DNA from: a bacterium | Lineage (GTDB): Bacteria; Patescibacteriota; Minisyncoccia; Phycocordibacterales; UBA12079 | DNA: 64,000 nt | Direction: 5' to 3' | Assembly (NCBI GenBank): GCA_030641525.1 | Contig: DAOWHH010000001.1 | Coordinates: 2,626 to 66,625, forward strand | In this document: piece after piece, positions 63,150-64,000 of the stretch | Layout: every line of letters starts with the position of its first letter | How positions within the stretch are numbered: the stretch's first letter is position 1 | Notes under the pieces: generated by a model | What the model was told of the DNA's origin: nothing | The model's input: the letters and a program-made list of their open reading frames with translations, nothing else | Database searches by the model: none | Program-made: the position numbers and the translations under genes

Positions 63150-63304
63150 GCTACTCTCGTGGGATCAGGAAAAACTACGATTGCTGAATTATTGTAGTAT
63201 ATAAAGAATTTGCAGAAATAAAAGACAAGATAGGTGTGGAAAATTTTATATATACAACAGGATTGACACCAAAACAGACTTTTGAGAAGTTCTTTAGTTG
63301 TTAA
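63150..63304 (+). pseudogene. remnant of a P-loop NTPase/kinase gene
   Basis: The Walker A fragment LVGSGKTTIAELL ends in TAG at 63195-63197. A second frame (63200-63304) reads YKEFAEIKDKIGVENFIYTTGLTPKQTFEKFFSC. There is no start codon and most of the gene is missing. Confidence 0.5.
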
Positions 63305-63335
63305 TTAAGAAAATTCATTTAAAAACCCTAAAAAC

Positions 63336-63375
63336 AAAAAATTGGAAGTTCAACTTCCAATTTTTTATTTTTTAA
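63336..63375 (+). terminator. intrinsic terminator
   Basis: AAAAAATTGGAAGT-TCA-ACTTCCAATTTTTT followed by a T-run. Confidence 0.8.
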
Positions 63376-63506
63376 AATGTTTAAAGCGAGTTTTTAAAAA
63401 ACCCTCTTTACATTTTTTTCTTTTATTTTATGAATGATTTTCCACAGCCCTAAATCTAAAATTTTAAGGTAAAATTATAATGTTTTCAGTTAATTTTTAA
63501 AAAAAA

Positions 63507-64000
63507 ATGAAAAAAACCACAAAAAAAGCAGTAAAGAAGATAGATTTTGTCAAAAAAGTACAAAAAAGAGATGGTTCAATAGTTGATTTTGATTTAAATA
63601 AAATAATAAATGCAGTCTACAAAGCTATGTTGGCATCGGGAGAAGGTTCAGACAAAGAAGCTGAATTAGTTGCTAATAAAGTGTATTTAGATTTAATAAA
63701 AATATCGAAAAGATTCAAAAATTTCTTACCAAATATTGAAGGGATTCAAGATTCTATAGAAAAAGAGCTTATTTTGAATGATTATATTAAAACTGCTAAA
63801 GCATATATTCTTTATAGAGAACAAAGAACTAAATTGAGAGGACAAGGTATTAAAGTTCCTGAAAAAGTCCGTAAATTAGCTAAAGAAAGTAAAGATTATT
63901 TTAAAAATCCATTAGCTGAATTTGTTTATTACCGTTCTTATTCTAAATGGATAGATGATGAAGGAAGAAGAGAGACATTTATTGAGACTGTTGATAGGTA
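63507..64000 (+). CDS. ribonucleotide reductase, N-terminal ATP-cone and start of the catalytic domain (partial, runs off the window); class II-like
   Basis: Not in the ORF track because it has no stop in the window. The ATP-cone is VQKRDGSIVDFDLNKIINAVYKAMLASGEG...AKAYILYREQR, followed by FVYYRSYSKWIDDEGRRETFIETVDR. Confidence 0.75.
   Translation, partial: MKKTTKKAVKKIDFVKKVQKRDGSIVDFDLNKIINAVYKAMLASGEGSDKEAELVANKVYLDLIKISKRFKNFLPNIEGIQDSIEKELILNDYIKTAKAYILYREQRTKLRGQGIKVPEKVRKLAKESKDYFKNPLAEFVYYRSYSKWIDDEGRRETFIETVDR

Noticed and set aside
1-64000. A CRISPR array or other regularly spaced repeats.
   Set aside because: The repeats found are dispersed single copies or inverted pairs in intergenic regions. 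No run of equally spaced direct repeats with unique spacers is present, and no cas genes are present.

Overview
AT-rich, gene-dense bacterial window read with the standard code (TGA terminates glyQS, tatD and map). About 70 genes are supported. Housekeeping content: glyQS, metG, rpsF-ssb-rpsR, recA, ftsK, rplJ-rplL, an S19-to-map ribosomal/secY/adk block, ndk, murB, secA, infC-rpmI-rplT, ppaC, rpmB, rpsL-rpsG, obg, gatB, tRNA-Gln and the 5' end of a ribonucleotide reductase. Accessory content: two type II toxin-antitoxin loci, several very large secreted or anchored surface proteins, and a four-gene surface-protein operon at 59.5-63.0 kb. Three things suggest a Patescibacteria/CPR (Parcubacteria-like) genome, as an inference only: no L30 gene between S5 and L15, no L9 after S18, and almost no Shine-Dalgarno sequences. 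The non-coding layer is the most unusual part. It holds at least two families of structured intergenic repeats, about 90 nt and about 110 nt long, some inserted inside the ribosomal operon. A perfect 32-bp inverted repeat brackets a two-gene cassette. Short intergenic modules recur next to stop codons. A 9-mer (TAAAGGACA) is repeated six times in two reading frames inside a winged-helix regulator gene, downstream of a 28-bp palindromic operator with the same half-site. No CRISPR array, rRNA gene, transposase or integrase gene was seen. All family calls come from motif recognition by eye; no searches were run.
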